Shown here in pieces: positions 9,513 through 17,382 of a DNA stretch of 52,739 nucleotides; the first letter of the stretch is position 1; the number at the start of each line of letters is the position of its first letter. The stretch is taken from IMG/VR virus record IMGVR_UViG_3300049489_000263, positions 1-52,739 of that record. One strand, 5' to 3'. Under the pieces are notes generated by a model. That model saw only the letters and a program-made list of their open reading frames with translations. It had not been told where the DNA came from and searched no databases. This DNA is from a virus (lineage: Duplodnaviria > Caudoviricetes). The translations under genes were made by a program, and so were the position numbers.

Positions 9513-9670
9513 CGGTGAGGCTTCGGGTAGTGTGGGCCTGATATCGTGTATCGGCCCGTGTGGTGGTACTCAGTACCGAACGGCGTCAGCGTGTACGCGG
9601 ACACCTTCTGGCCCACAAGCGCCTTGAGGGCCTTCTTAGTGGCTGGGTTGGATGAGATGTAGGTGGTCAT
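9461..9670 (-). CDS. Hypothetical protein
   Basis: ATGA overlap, GGAG RBS. Confidence 0.65.
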   Translation of the reverse strand: MTTYISSNPATKKALKALVGQKVSAYTLTPFGTEYHHTGRYTISGPHYPKPHRWYAQITLEDGILRSVS

Positions 9671-9978
9671 ATGGCACTCCGAGCGACGATTGTGTAGTCG
9701 TCCGAGTACCCGGCCGGGCCGATAGCCTTGAGGCCATCAGTCTGTATCCAGTGCGTTGGCGTCGAGGCTAGCGCACCTCTCCACCACCCACCGCCGAGTT
9801 CTTCGGTCAGTACGACCGGCCCGGCAGCGATGGTCAGCCATCTACCGGCCTCCAGTCTTACGTGCTTGAGGTCACGGTCATGGATCCAGCCCGGCTTGAT
9901 TTCGGATATCAAGCGCGCACATTGCCGACCCGTCACCCTGGACCCATAGCGGTCCAGCCAGTAGATCAGTGAGTGCAT
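9667..9978 (-). CDS. Hypothetical protein
   Basis: Start lies within the 22-bp direct repeat. Confidence 0.6.
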   Translation of the reverse strand: MHSLIYWLDRYGSRVTGRQCARLISEIKPGWIHDRDLKHVRLEAGRWLTIAAGPVVLTEELGGGWWRGALASTPTHWIQTDGLKAIGPAGYSDDYTIVARSAI

Positions 9979-10526
9979 GCCGCCCTCCCAAACACCGGCG
10001 CAACATTTGCCAGTAGCCAGTCTCGCTGTGCAGCCCAGGCCGCAGCCCTGGTCGCAGCCCTGGTCGCAGCCCTGGTCGCAGCCCTGGTCGCAGCCCAGGC
10101 CGCAGCCCAGGCCGCAGCCCTGGCCGCAGCCCTGGTCGCAGCCCAGGCCGCAGCCCAGGCCGCTTCCATGGCCGCTTCCATGGCCGCTTCCATGGCCGCT
10201 TCCATGGCCGCAGTCCTGGCCGCGGATAGCTCGTCATTACTTGCTTCGCCGTTTGCAAACTGTTCGGCAACGTAAATTGCAATCTTGCTACGTTCGTCGG
10301 TCAATAGATGTTGCACCTGCCGTGCGCAAAATACAGCGAAAAGCCGCAATGTTTTATCGTCGCAAACGCCATCCCGTGTGAGTATCCAGATACGCCAGTC
10401 GTGCCGCATATCTTTCCGATGCCAAAGCGCTTCCATGCTGGTGCATCCTGTCCCTATCGCCCATGCTTTGCCTTTTGCGCAGGCTAGGTGCGTGTAGCAG
10501 AATTGTTCAGGAGTCAGTGAGTGCAT
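9966..10526 (-). CDS. Protein with Ala-rich tetrapeptide repeats ([12 protein letters not shown])
   Basis: 12-bp tandem units at ~10030-10225; N-terminal domain [12 protein letters not shown]...[10 protein letters not shown]. Confidence 0.8.
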   Translation of the reverse strand: MHSLTPEQFCYTHLACAKGKAWAIGTGCTSMEALWHRKDMRHDWRIWILTRDGVCDDKTLRLFAVFCARQVQHLLTDERSKIAIYVAEQFANGEASNDELSAARTAAMEAAMEAAMEAAMEAAWAAAWAATRAAARAAAWAAAWAATRAATRAATRAATRAAAWAAQRDWLLANVAPVFGRAACTH

Positions 10527-10535
10527 GCCGCCCTC
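9966..10535. repeat. 22-bp perfect direct repeats (TCAGTGAGTGCATGCCGCCCTC) flanking the Ala-repeat gene
   Basis: Copies at 9966-9987 and 10514-10535. Confidence 0.93.
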
Positions 10536-10723
10536 ACGATCTGCCTCGGCACGTGGGCCAGCTTAGGTGAGCGGTGGATGACCAGTCCGGTCTCGCCTAA
10601 GAGGTACTCGTACCCCTTCTCGGCTTGCACGGCCAGGATGGTGTCCCGTGCTATGCGGGACTGATAGGCCCAGGCCAAGGGCCTGGTGCCGGTGTCTGTA
10701 TGGACGACCATGGTCGTCTCCAT
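10514..10723 (-). CDS. Hypothetical protein
   Basis: Ends within the 22-bp repeat (RAACTH*); start uncertain. Confidence 0.55.
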   Translation of the reverse strand: METTMVVHTDTGTRPLAWAYQSRIARDTILAVQAEKGYEYLLGETGLVIHRSPKLAHVPRQIVRAACTH

Positions 10724-10748
10724 GCACGTGTGGCTGTGCTGCCTTCGG

Positions 10749-10967
10749 CTACCCGCCGATGGGTTGTATGGGTCGATAGGTATCAACCTTGACGGCTGTA
10801 CCTTGAAAGATATCAAGTGCGCTATTCGGTATTAGAACCAGCTTTGGATGTGCGTCACACAAGGAACGCGCAATCGGCCGGCTGGTCTTCAACCACTCCG
10901 CTGCCTCGCGGACTGTGAACGACTGTCCGCGGCTCATGTTCAGCAGGTACTTGTCGATCGGGTGCAT
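10749..10967 (-). CDS. Small winged-HTH-like protein
   Basis: FTVREAAEWLKTSRPIARSL resembles an HTH. Confidence 0.5.
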   Translation of the reverse strand: MHPIDKYLLNMSRGQSFTVREAAEWLKTSRPIARSLCDAHPKLVLIPNSALDIFQGTAVKVDTYRPIQPIGG

Positions 10968-11178
10968 AGTGGTCTTTCAGGATGCGGGCGAGCCCATCGC
11001 GGGATCCACCCTTGGGTAGGCAGGTATGAGCGAGCGTCCAACGTCTATTGACCTTGCGCCAGTAGCCAAGACGACCACAGATACGGCATCTGACGCCAAT
11101 ATCCTCTATCAGCATGCGCTCCATGTAGTCGTCGTCGTCGTCGTAGTAGTCACCGAACATATAGTCTTCAGCGGCCAT
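10855..11178 (-). CDS. Hypothetical protein, acidic N-terminus plus CxxC
   Basis: DYYDDDDDY...CRICG; first gene of the early operon. Confidence 0.5.
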   Translation of the reverse strand: MAAEDYMFGDYYDDDDDYMERMLIEDIGVRCRICGRLGYWRKVNRRWTLAHTCLPKGGSRDGLARILKDHYAPDRQVPAEHEPRTVVHSPRGSGVVEDQPADCAFLV

Positions 11179-11317
11179 GTTGCACCGCCTTGATGCCCAA
11201 GTGGCACACTGCCCAGCAGGCAGGGACAGATATCCACCATGGTACACCACACCAGGTGAACGCCAGGGCTGCCGGGAGGCAGCTGATACCTGATATCAAA
11301 GCGGTCATAACGACTCC

Positions 11318-11349
11318 TGATACGTATCAGAAAGGGTTATAAGTTAACG
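11318..11349 (-). promoter_or_regulatory. Conserved phage promoter copy A (CGTTAACTTAT-N4-CTTTC-TGATACGTATCA)
   Basis: 27/32 identical to 25870-25901; upstream of the - strand early operon. Confidence 0.75.
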
Positions 11350-11473
11350 GCCGCCCACAATGGACGACCCTGGCGCAGGCTATAGCCTACGGCTGGACGT
11401 ATAGTGCATGCCGGGACGGCAGGCTCCACCTATACAGGCTGCCCGGCCAGGGAGTGTGTCACACGCTACGGCG

Positions 11474-11490
11474 TTGGCACGTCACTTGCT
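11474..11490 (+). promoter_or_regulatory. sigma54 -24/-12 box
   Basis: TTGGCACG-TCAC-TTGCT, exact RpoN consensus. Confidence 0.75.
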
Positions 11491-11492
11491 AC

Positions 11493-11509
11493 AGCAAACG
11501 CCGTGCCAA
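11493..11509 (-). promoter_or_regulatory. sigma54 -24/-12 box
   Basis: TTGGCACG-GCGT-TTGCT on - strand, pointing into the early operon. Confidence 0.78.
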
Positions 11510-11514
11510 TTAAC

Positions 11515-11531
11515 TTGGCACGGTGTTTGCT
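11515..11531 (+). promoter_or_regulatory. sigma54 -24/-12 box
   Basis: TTGGCACG-GTGT-TTGCT, exact RpoN consensus. Confidence 0.75.
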
Positions 11532-11548
11532 AGCATTGTTAACACCTG

Positions 11549-11662
11549 TTAACTAACGAGTCTTCCGATACATATCAGGATGACGATCAATACGATGGGC
11601 GCGGCCATGATACAAATACCGATCTTAAGTATCAGAGTGATGAACCTCATGTGCCGTAGCAT
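11549..11662 (-). CDS. Small single-TM peptide (37 aa), not in ORF track
   Basis: MLRHMRFITLILKIGICIMAAPIVLIVILICIGRLVS*, AGGA RBS. Confidence 0.5.
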   Translation of the reverse strand: MLRHMRFITLILKIGICIMAAPIVLIVILICIGRLVS

Positions 11663-11675
11663 TTCCTGTTCGTAG

Positions 11676-12122
11676 TCACACACGGCCTGTAGCCCTCCCC
11701 AAGACCCACGCTTCCTTGACGTTATAGCCGGCTAACGCAGTCGGCTTATCGAACATTGGATCCAACACATCGTGCCCATCGAACGCCACTGCATGATACT
11801 TGGTATCAAGCATACAGATCAGGATCGCTCGGCGTTTGGCTATAGCGTGCAAGAACCTACGGACAGGCTCCTTATAGAGGTCGCGTCCTTCCAGCGTTGG
11901 GCGCGTTTCGACCACGTAGAAACACTTCCCAGCTTGATGGGCGAAGTCCTGGCAATCTGTGAGCAGTAACCCGCGATACTTGAGGTTCCCAGCGAGGTCT
12001 GGGAACCAGATATCAAGATCGTCGATGCCCAGGACCTCCAGGATCTTCTCGGGCGACGAGTCCATGACCATGGCGAGGCTATACAGCACGCACCTGGGTT
12101 CAGTAGTTGTTAGGTGACGCAT
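11676..12122 (-). CDS. Papain-like (C39-like) cysteine peptidase domain protein
   Basis: RCVLYSLAMV (Cys), HAVAFDG..VLDP (His/Asp). Confidence 0.55.
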   Translation of the reverse strand: MRHLTTTEPRCVLYSLAMVMDSSPEKILEVLGIDDLDIWFPDLAGNLKYRGLLLTDCQDFAHQAGKCFYVVETRPTLEGRDLYKEPVRRFLHAIAKRRAILICMLDTKYHAVAFDGHDVLDPMFDKPTALAGYNVKEAWVLGRATGRV

Positions 12123-12903
12123 AGTTCACTCCATGCTTGTCGAGCCATGTTTGGAATCTGTCCATTGCCAAGGGCCTTAATCCGCTCCACCCAATCGGCC
12201 ACCCCATCAGCCAATCGGTCCAGTCCGGGTTCAGTTTGCCACCAAGTTGTTCTGTTAATTGCCTCGCCCCGGCAAGCTGTTTGGAGTCTACTACGCATGG
12301 CGTGTAGAATGTCTCTATGAAACTTTGGAGTCCCCAGCCAGCTTTCTCCGACGCCCCTGGAAAGTTCCTGTTGCCACACACTGTTGGCGTAGGCCAAGAT
12401 CCACATACGTTCGCGCCTCTTGTGTGGGGCCAAGCAATCTCTAGCTTGTAGACATTGCCAAACAGCATCGTACCCGAGTGAGGCAAGGTCGCACAAGACA
12501 AGGTCGAGACCTCTGATTCTGAGCATCGAACTGTTCTCAATGAGAACGAATCTGGGTCGTACCTCACCAATAAGTCTGGCAAACTCTCGCCACAGTCCAC
12601 TAGATTTTCCAGATATTCCAGATCCAGTACCTGCGGAACTGATGTCCTGGCAAGGGAATCCTCCAGATATGATATCCACGCACCTGCTCCATTCTCTCCC
12701 GTGCAGCGTTCGCACGTCGTTCCAGATTGGGAATCTTGGCAGCATTCCGTCAATCTGGCGCTGTAGTAGGACGTTAATGCAGTAGGGATCTGCTTCGCAA
12801 GCGCAGACAATCTCGTGCCCGCTGAGTAGGCTTCCGAGGATGCCTCCGCCAGCGCCGGCGAATAAGTGCATTTCTCGTAATTGTCCGTTACGAAGTGCCA
12901 CAC
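12100..12903 (-). CDS. C5 MTase beta subunit in an overlapping alternative frame (M.EcoHK31I-type)
   Basis: Stop-free 267-codon frame over the alpha gene with WPTPT and LNPDWTDWLMGWPIGW (motif IX-like), which alpha lacks; true start uncertain. Confidence 0.75.
   Translation of the reverse strand: MWHFVTDNYEKCTYSPALAEASSEAYSAGTRLSALAKQIPTALTSYYSARLTECCQDSQSGTTCERCTGENGAGAWISYLEDSLARTSVPQVLDLEYLENLVDCGESLPDLLVRYDPDSFSLRTVRCSESEVSTLSCATLPHSGTMLFGNVYKLEIAWPHTRGANVCGSWPTPTVCGNRNFPGASEKAGWGLQSFIETFYTPCVVDSKQLAGARQLTEQLGGKLNPDWTDWLMGWPIGWSGLRPLAMDRFQTWLDKHGVNYASPNNY
12110..12901 (-). CDS. C5 cytosine DNA methyltransferase, alpha subunit (motifs I-VIII, X)
   Basis: LFAGAGG, GGFPCQDIS, IENS, RERMW, ALGNGQ. 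Confidence 0.92.
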   Translation of the reverse strand: MALRNGQLREMHLFAGAGGGILGSLLSGHEIVCACEADPYCINVLLQRQIDGMLPRFPIWNDVRTLHGREWSRCVDIISGGFPCQDISSAGTGSGISGKSSGLWREFARLIGEVRPRFVLIENSSMLRIRGLDLVLCDLASLGYDAVWQCLQARDCLAPHKRRERMWILAYANSVWQQELSRGVGESWLGTPKFHRDILHAMRSRLQTACRGEAINRTTWWQTEPGLDRLADGVADWVERIKALGNGQIPNMARQAWSELCVT

Positions 12904-13358
12904 TTATCCTCCAGCAACGATTCAGGTATCTCGATCACGGTATCGGCTACAGCACGTAGCTCGCGGGACACTCCACACGCCAATACGACCACCACGGACC
13001 CCATATCACGTAGCCTCCGCACAGCCGGAGCCATATCGCCATCAGCGGATCCAAGCACAATCTTACCCATGCGTGGCGCAAGCATGTCATCATACATCCC
13101 AACATCCCAATCGGCCTTCTGCTTGCCGTTGCTGAAGGTCTTCAGATGCTTGAACTTGGTCTCCCAGCCCTGCTTCTTGAGAGCATGGATGAATGCTTTG
13201 GCCTCGGCACCTGAGTAGGCTCCGTAGGCTACACAACGCGTGAGCGTGCCAAGGTCAAGGCAGAACTCCCGGTACTTGGAGTAGTCCAGGTGCCTGCCAA
13301 ACCGTTTGCGCAAGCAGTAATACATATTTGAGACATCAACGTAGATTCCTAGTTGCAT
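12888..13358 (-). CDS. NYN/LabA (PIN-like) domain protein
   Basis: YVDVSN, KADWDVGM..D, LGSADGDMAP, VSRELRAVAD. Confidence 0.9.
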   Translation of the reverse strand: MQLGIYVDVSNMYYCLRKRFGRHLDYSKYREFCLDLGTLTRCVAYGAYSGAEAKAFIHALKKQGWETKFKHLKTFSNGKQKADWDVGMYDDMLAPRMGKIVLGSADGDMAPAVRRLRDMGSVVVVLACGVSRELRAVADTVIEIPESLLEDKCGTS

Positions 13359-13442
13359 ACCTCCCCACGTATAGCAAAAGTACTGTGCCTAATATCGCCC
13401 AATGGGCGCTCCAACCTAGCATGATACACGATATCGGCCATA

Positions 13443-13934
13443 TTAGAAGGGCGATTGCCGTTCCAACAGAACACGCGCAACGCCAATAGGATCTATCAGT
13501 TCCTGTACCCATTCGATCGCTTGGAGGGCTCTGGTGCTTGGTGTCTGTATCCAATCGTGGTTCCTACAAAGTAAGAGTCCCTCGGCCCACAATATGTCTA
13601 GATCCGCGCGTTTGATGTCAGGGTCCTTGAGATCAACGCCATACTTAATCTCCACGAGCCGGTCGATCCGATCGGTCAGGTCCTTGATGTTGCAGCGAGG
13701 CTTCACATAGGTACAGATATCCCCTACGTATGCCTCGTGGAAATCATGACACAACCCTTCCAAGCCAATCAGCTTCCAACATGCCAATGAGTGTTGAAGC
13801 ACTGTCCACGGCACAATGGTGTGCCCATTGTATCGCACTTGCCTGCTTAGTGGGATCAGGATGTCTTCTGTACAGATCTGGTCGATAAGTTCCAGGTCGA
13901 ACAGCCGACCAGTATAGGTGGTCATTTCGGACAT
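13443..13934 (-). CDS. HD-domain phosphohydrolase (YfbR/YfdR-like)
   Basis: RYNGH...TVLQHS, CHDFHEAYVGD, KRAD. Confidence 0.85.
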   Translation of the reverse strand: MSEMTTYTGRLFDLELIDQICTEDILIPLSRQVRYNGHTIVPWTVLQHSLACWKLIGLEGLCHDFHEAYVGDICTYVKPRCNIKDLTDRIDRLVEIKYGVDLKDPDIKRADLDILWAEGLLLCRNHDWIQTPSTRALQAIEWVQELIDPIGVARVLLERQSPF

Positions 13935-14104
13935 GGTGGATCCAGCAACGCACAATCAATCTCTGCGTCACAGAACTTGTTATCTAGGTCGCAGAATCCT
14001 GATACTGATCGCGGATGCTTACAATAATAGAAGAACCGATTACCTTCATCAGTATCGAAAGAATCTGACTCGCCGTATTCACACTTCCAAAAGTTGATCT
14101 TCAT
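13922..14104 (-). CDS. Small Cys-rich protein
   Basis: Coupled ORF, 5 Cys. Confidence 0.5.
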   Translation of the reverse strand: MKINFWKCEYGESDSFDTDEGNRFFYYCKHPRSVSGFCDLDNKFCDAEIDCALLDPPCPK

Positions 14105-14373
14105 ATCTTACTCAGGAGACGCTTCTTCAAGCGACCAGATGTGAGGATCTCAATAGCCCGCACCACATCCCGGCGCTCAGGACCAGTCAAGCGCAGGCGC
14201 TTGATGATCGCTTCGATGATACGCAATATCGGTCCACCGATATCCTCGATCTTGCATACACGCGAGCCATGTCGCCAACCATCTACGTAAAGCCTATCAT
14301 TCAGCAACCCGATGCGGTGCCGTTGGGCTAGGTCAACCAGCCGTTTCAGGCGCGGGTGTGTTCGTAGGTCCAT
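14101..14373 (-). CDS. Hypothetical protein
   Basis: ATG after AGGAGG RBS. Confidence 0.6.
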   Translation of the reverse strand: MDLRTHPRLKRLVDLAQRHRIGLLNDRLYVDGWRHGSRVCKIEDIGGPILRIIEAIIKRLRLTGPERRDVVRAIEILTSGRLKKRLLSKI

Positions 14374-14436
14374 TGGTCCTCCTAGGATCTTGATATCTTT
14401 ACACAATGCAGGCATACAACAGTACACGTCCACGGC

Positions 14437-14841
14437 TTACCCATGTGCCCTCAATCGTAGCGTCAGGCGTTTCTGGTAGACGAGCAGTTCTTCCTTACAG
14501 ATATCCAGATACTCTTTACCAGTACCGAATTGCACCATCCAATGGTAGCCCATATCCTTAGGCTCGCCGATTGGATGCAGATCCTTGCCGTGCGTAAGCA
14601 AGTATTCTTTGGCAACGAACTTGGCAACCTCACTTAGTGTTGGTATAGGGCGCGTGAGTTTGTGACAGACCAAACATAGATATACAGGCTTATTATCCAC
14701 TTGCACGTACTGATCGACGGTATAGTGGCACACACTGCAAGTCGTCCACGAACGTTGCTCCTCACAAGTGCAGCAGACACGATGCTCGGTAGTCTGTGAG
14801 CCACATCTTGTGCAACGATATACAGTATCAGTGACGATCAT
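14437..14841 (-). CDS. Zinc-ribbon protein
   Basis: Several CxxC pairs. Confidence 0.6.
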   Translation of the reverse strand: MIVTDTVYRCTRCGSQTTEHRVCCTCEEQRSWTTCSVCHYTVDQYVQVDNKPVYLCLVCHKLTRPIPTLSEVAKFVAKEYLLTHGKDLHPIGEPKDMGYHWMVQFGTGKEYLDICKEELLVYQKRLTLRLRAHG

Positions 14842-15116
14842 AGGGCCTCGAAGTAGACGCAGCCGAAGTTTGCATCGGTCTCTAAATAGTCAAACGATCC
14901 ATCACCGTAGGTATAGATATCGATGCCGTGTGCTAGCTTCTGACAACGACAACTTATCCACCCATCTAATGGATATCTGTCTTCAGCATAAGATGCTAAC
15001 TTAGCCACAGTGTCTTGCTTATGCATCCAGTGTTTGCATACTCTACATTTCATACGACACCTGCTGCATGAGCTAGGCAGTTTCGCTGTAAGCAGACAGG
15101 GCATTCGCGGACGCAT
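14838..15116 (-). CDS. Cys-rich hypothetical protein
   Basis: CRVCKHW...NFGCVYFE; start uncertain. Confidence 0.55.
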   Translation of the reverse strand: MRPRMPCLLTAKLPSSCSRCRMKCRVCKHWMHKQDTVAKLASYAEDRYPLDGWISCRCQKLAHGIDIYTYGDGSFDYLETDANFGCVYFEAL

Positions 15117-15336
15117 AGCAAGCGCCTTGCAAATAGTCGTGGACCTTGAAGGCTGCTCGGAAGGCTGCTAGGAACTCTTTGCCGTGGTCGTGGCTACGTA
15201 GATGCTCGTAGTGGATAACCACTGCGTTGCGTGATGCTGATATCTCGTAGGGTCCCAGAGGTTCGGAATCGTCGAAATCTTCTGCGAATGTGACCACTGT
15301 GCCATCGTAGGCTGTCTGGCATTGACGGTGTTTCAT
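15073..15336 (-). CDS. Hypothetical protein
   Basis: ATGA overlap with upstream gene. Confidence 0.55.
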   Translation of the reverse strand: MKHRQCQTAYDGTVVTFAEDFDDSEPLGPYEISASRNAVVIHYEHLRSHDHGKEFLAAFRAAFKVHDYLQGACYASANALSAYSETA

Positions 15337-15692
15337 GCGGGTCTCCACAAGTACGTTAGCACTCCAGATGCACACATACGTTCCCACAGTACGAGTGGTA
15401 CGCGTGCTGACCAGCCGGTTTCAAGGCAAGTGATCACTACGTACCCTTTGCCAGCCGTACCGATCTTCCGCCTAACCTGGTACTGAAACACGCTACCAGA
15501 GTGTAGGACCTGTACCGTGTCGCCAACTTTCGGAGCACTGTTGATACCAGCCTGACCAATCATCCTACACAGTGTTTGCAACCGCTCAGCCAAGTCACAA
15601 GCATCTGGTGCTGTGTCGAAGCTCTTGGTCGGGCCGAAGTAGGCGTCGTACACATTCTCATAAGCACGAGCTAGTTCAAGTAGTTCGTTCAT
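15333..15692 (-). CDS. Hypothetical protein
   Basis: ATGA overlap. Confidence 0.6.
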   Translation of the reverse strand: MNELLELARAYENVYDAYFGPTKSFDTAPDACDLAERLQTLCRMIGQAGINSAPKVGDTVQVLHSGSVFQYQVRRKIGTAGKGYVVITCLETGWSARVPLVLWERMCASGVLTYLWRPA

Positions 15693-16024
15693 AATAGGTA
15701 CATGCTCCAGTTGTAGCGGGTGAATAGTTTCTTGTATTCATCGGTTGTAGCACCAGTTAGGACCCACACGCCTGCGCCGTGCGCACAGAATAGTGGGAAG
15801 TCCCTAAGCTGGGCAGGAGTGAACTTCGACCCTTTCATGCCCGGAAGTTTGACCTCTATCCAGCGCGATCCATAGGTTGGGTGGCTAGCATAGAGGTCGG
15901 GGAATCCGCTCTGATACATATTGCCGTGCGTCTCTTTGACGAACCAGCCATAGTTACGCAGCATGCAAATGATCTCATGTTGGATCTTATCTTCCGGCCG
16001 CTTGCGAGTGACGATTTTATCCAA
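15689..16024 (-). CDS. VRR-NUC endonuclease (Holliday junction resolvase-like)
   Basis: E..IQ..I, GFPDL, WIEVK, TPAQ. Confidence 0.9.
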   Translation of the reverse strand: MDKIVTRKRPEDKIQHEIICMLRNYGWFVKETHGNMYQSGFPDLYASHPTYGSRWIEVKLPGMKGSKFTPAQLRDFPLFCAHGAGVWVLTGATTDEYKKLFTRYNWSMYLL

Positions 16025-16403
16025 GCACTAACTTCAGCATAGCCAGCACGGTTGGCTTGAGCTTCTGTTTGCCAACGTTCGATTTGAATGCGTCCAGTTT
16101 GATATCGGGTATCTTGACCTCGATCTCCAGTTCTCCCAAACGCTCTAACTCATCCCGCCCCTCTGGCGTGAGGCGGTGAGCCTCGCCATTGGGCGTTGGG
16201 ATCGTGATGGGCTTGTCGTTTGCATCGCGTTCACACATCGTCGCCACGATCCGCTTACGGGCTGCCTCCATGATCTTGACCTTCTCCTCGACGGCAAAAA
16301 TGGCCTCAGCCACCGTGAGCGCGAAGTCTGCCTCGAAGGCCATGTCACCCAAGCCAGCGAGGCCAGCCTGGATAGTCAGCAGTTGGTTATTGGTTATCTT
16401 CAC
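16017..16403 (-). CDS. Hypothetical protein
   Basis: GTG with GGAG RBS, GTGA overlap. Confidence 0.65.
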   Translation of the reverse strand: MKITNNQLLTIQAGLAGLGDMAFEADFALTVAEAIFAVEEKVKIMEAARKRIVATMCERDANDKPITIPTPNGEAHRLTPEGRDELERLGELEIEVKIPDIKLDAFKSNVGKQKLKPTVLAMLKLVLG

Positions 16404-16609
16404 TTTGACTCCTTCAAGATGGCGACGATCAGGAACCGGATCGCTTGGTAGTAGTTGCCCTTGGCAATGCACTCGATAGCTCGCACCGCGCACATCTGAG
16501 GCGTCGTGTGGTTGAGCCAGATATTCTGCACGATTGGGTCGGTGCCTACGAGGTCATCGAGCGTGAACGGCAGCCCTCGGATGACACGGCGTATCTGAGT
16601 CTTATTCAA
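16400..16609 (-). CDS. Hypothetical protein
   Basis: Coupled ORF with AGGAG RBS. Confidence 0.55.
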   Translation of the reverse strand: MNKTQIRRVIRGLPFTLDDLVGTDPIVQNIWLNHTTPQMCAVRAIECIAKGNYYQAIRFLIVAILKESK

Positions 16610-16982
16610 CTGGAGTCTCCTTGTAGTAGCGTTGGTCGATAGCGGTGCGTTTGCCAGCCGCAGTGAATAGCGATTGTTTCACAGCCTTGCGTAGATTCTT
16701 GAGCGCCTCCGCTAACAGAAGTACCTCACGGAAGTCGTCCTCACCCATGTCCTTGTACATCTTCCAGGTCTCTGGCGGCAAGAGCTTCCAGATCCGATCG
16801 TACTCATCCATCAGAGCATTCAAGATGGATACACGGCTCCAGATGTACCGGAGTTCGGTGAGTGGCTCAAGGTCTAGGAGGTCTAGGATATCCTTACGCA
16901 CAGGGCGTACGTCGTAGTTGTCAAGCCTAAAAGCCACATCCTTGATACGCTGTATCAGGTCAGTGGCAGTCTTTGTCGTCAA
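16602..16982 (-). CDS. Hypothetical protein
   Basis: Operon packing. Confidence 0.55.
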   Translation of the reverse strand: MTTKTATDLIQRIKDVAFRLDNYDVRPVRKDILDLLDLEPLTELRYIWSRVSILNALMDEYDRIWKLLPPETWKMYKDMGEDDFREVLLLAEALKNLRKAVKQSLFTAAGKRTAIDQRYYKETPVE

Positions 16983-17382
16983 GGAGCCCCTCCTTCCTCA
17001 TCCAGAACAAGCATTGTTCTCTGGTGAATGTACACACGCCGCGTATACCTCTGAAATATAGCCTCTGCCTCAACAAGTTGACAGTCAGATATGCTAGTCC
17101 AGCGCGTTGCTTACGGAACCAATACTTGAGCTTCGACAAGTCGCGCGCTTTGATGGCCGCGAACGAATGGTCCGTGTCGTCCCGGATGATGGCGTCCTTG
17201 ATGGCTACACGATTCATGTAGCTACGCAACATGCTGAGCCGTTTGATGTCGGCATCTAGCCGCATGGCCTCAGTCTGAAACGACATTTCTCGCTGAACAA
17301 TCCGCTTAGCTATTTCTCGGCCCAACTCCCGAGCTTTTTCATCCATTCCATCTTGATCAATGGGATGTGCTTCCTCAGGCAC
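16960..17382 (-). CDS. Hypothetical protein
   Basis: Operon packing. Confidence 0.55.
   Translation of the reverse strand: MPEEAHPIDQDGMDEKARELGREIAKRIVQREMSFQTEAMRLDADIKRLSMLRSYMNRVAIKDAIIRDDTDHSFAAIKARDLSKLKYWFRKQRAGLAYLTVNLLRQRLYFRGIRGVCTFTREQCLFWMRKEGLLDDKDCH

Noticed and set aside
13443-13934. DatZ of a 2-aminoadenine (Z-genome) pathway
   Set aside because: No PurZ or MazZ in the window; a generic HD nucleotidase is the simpler call.
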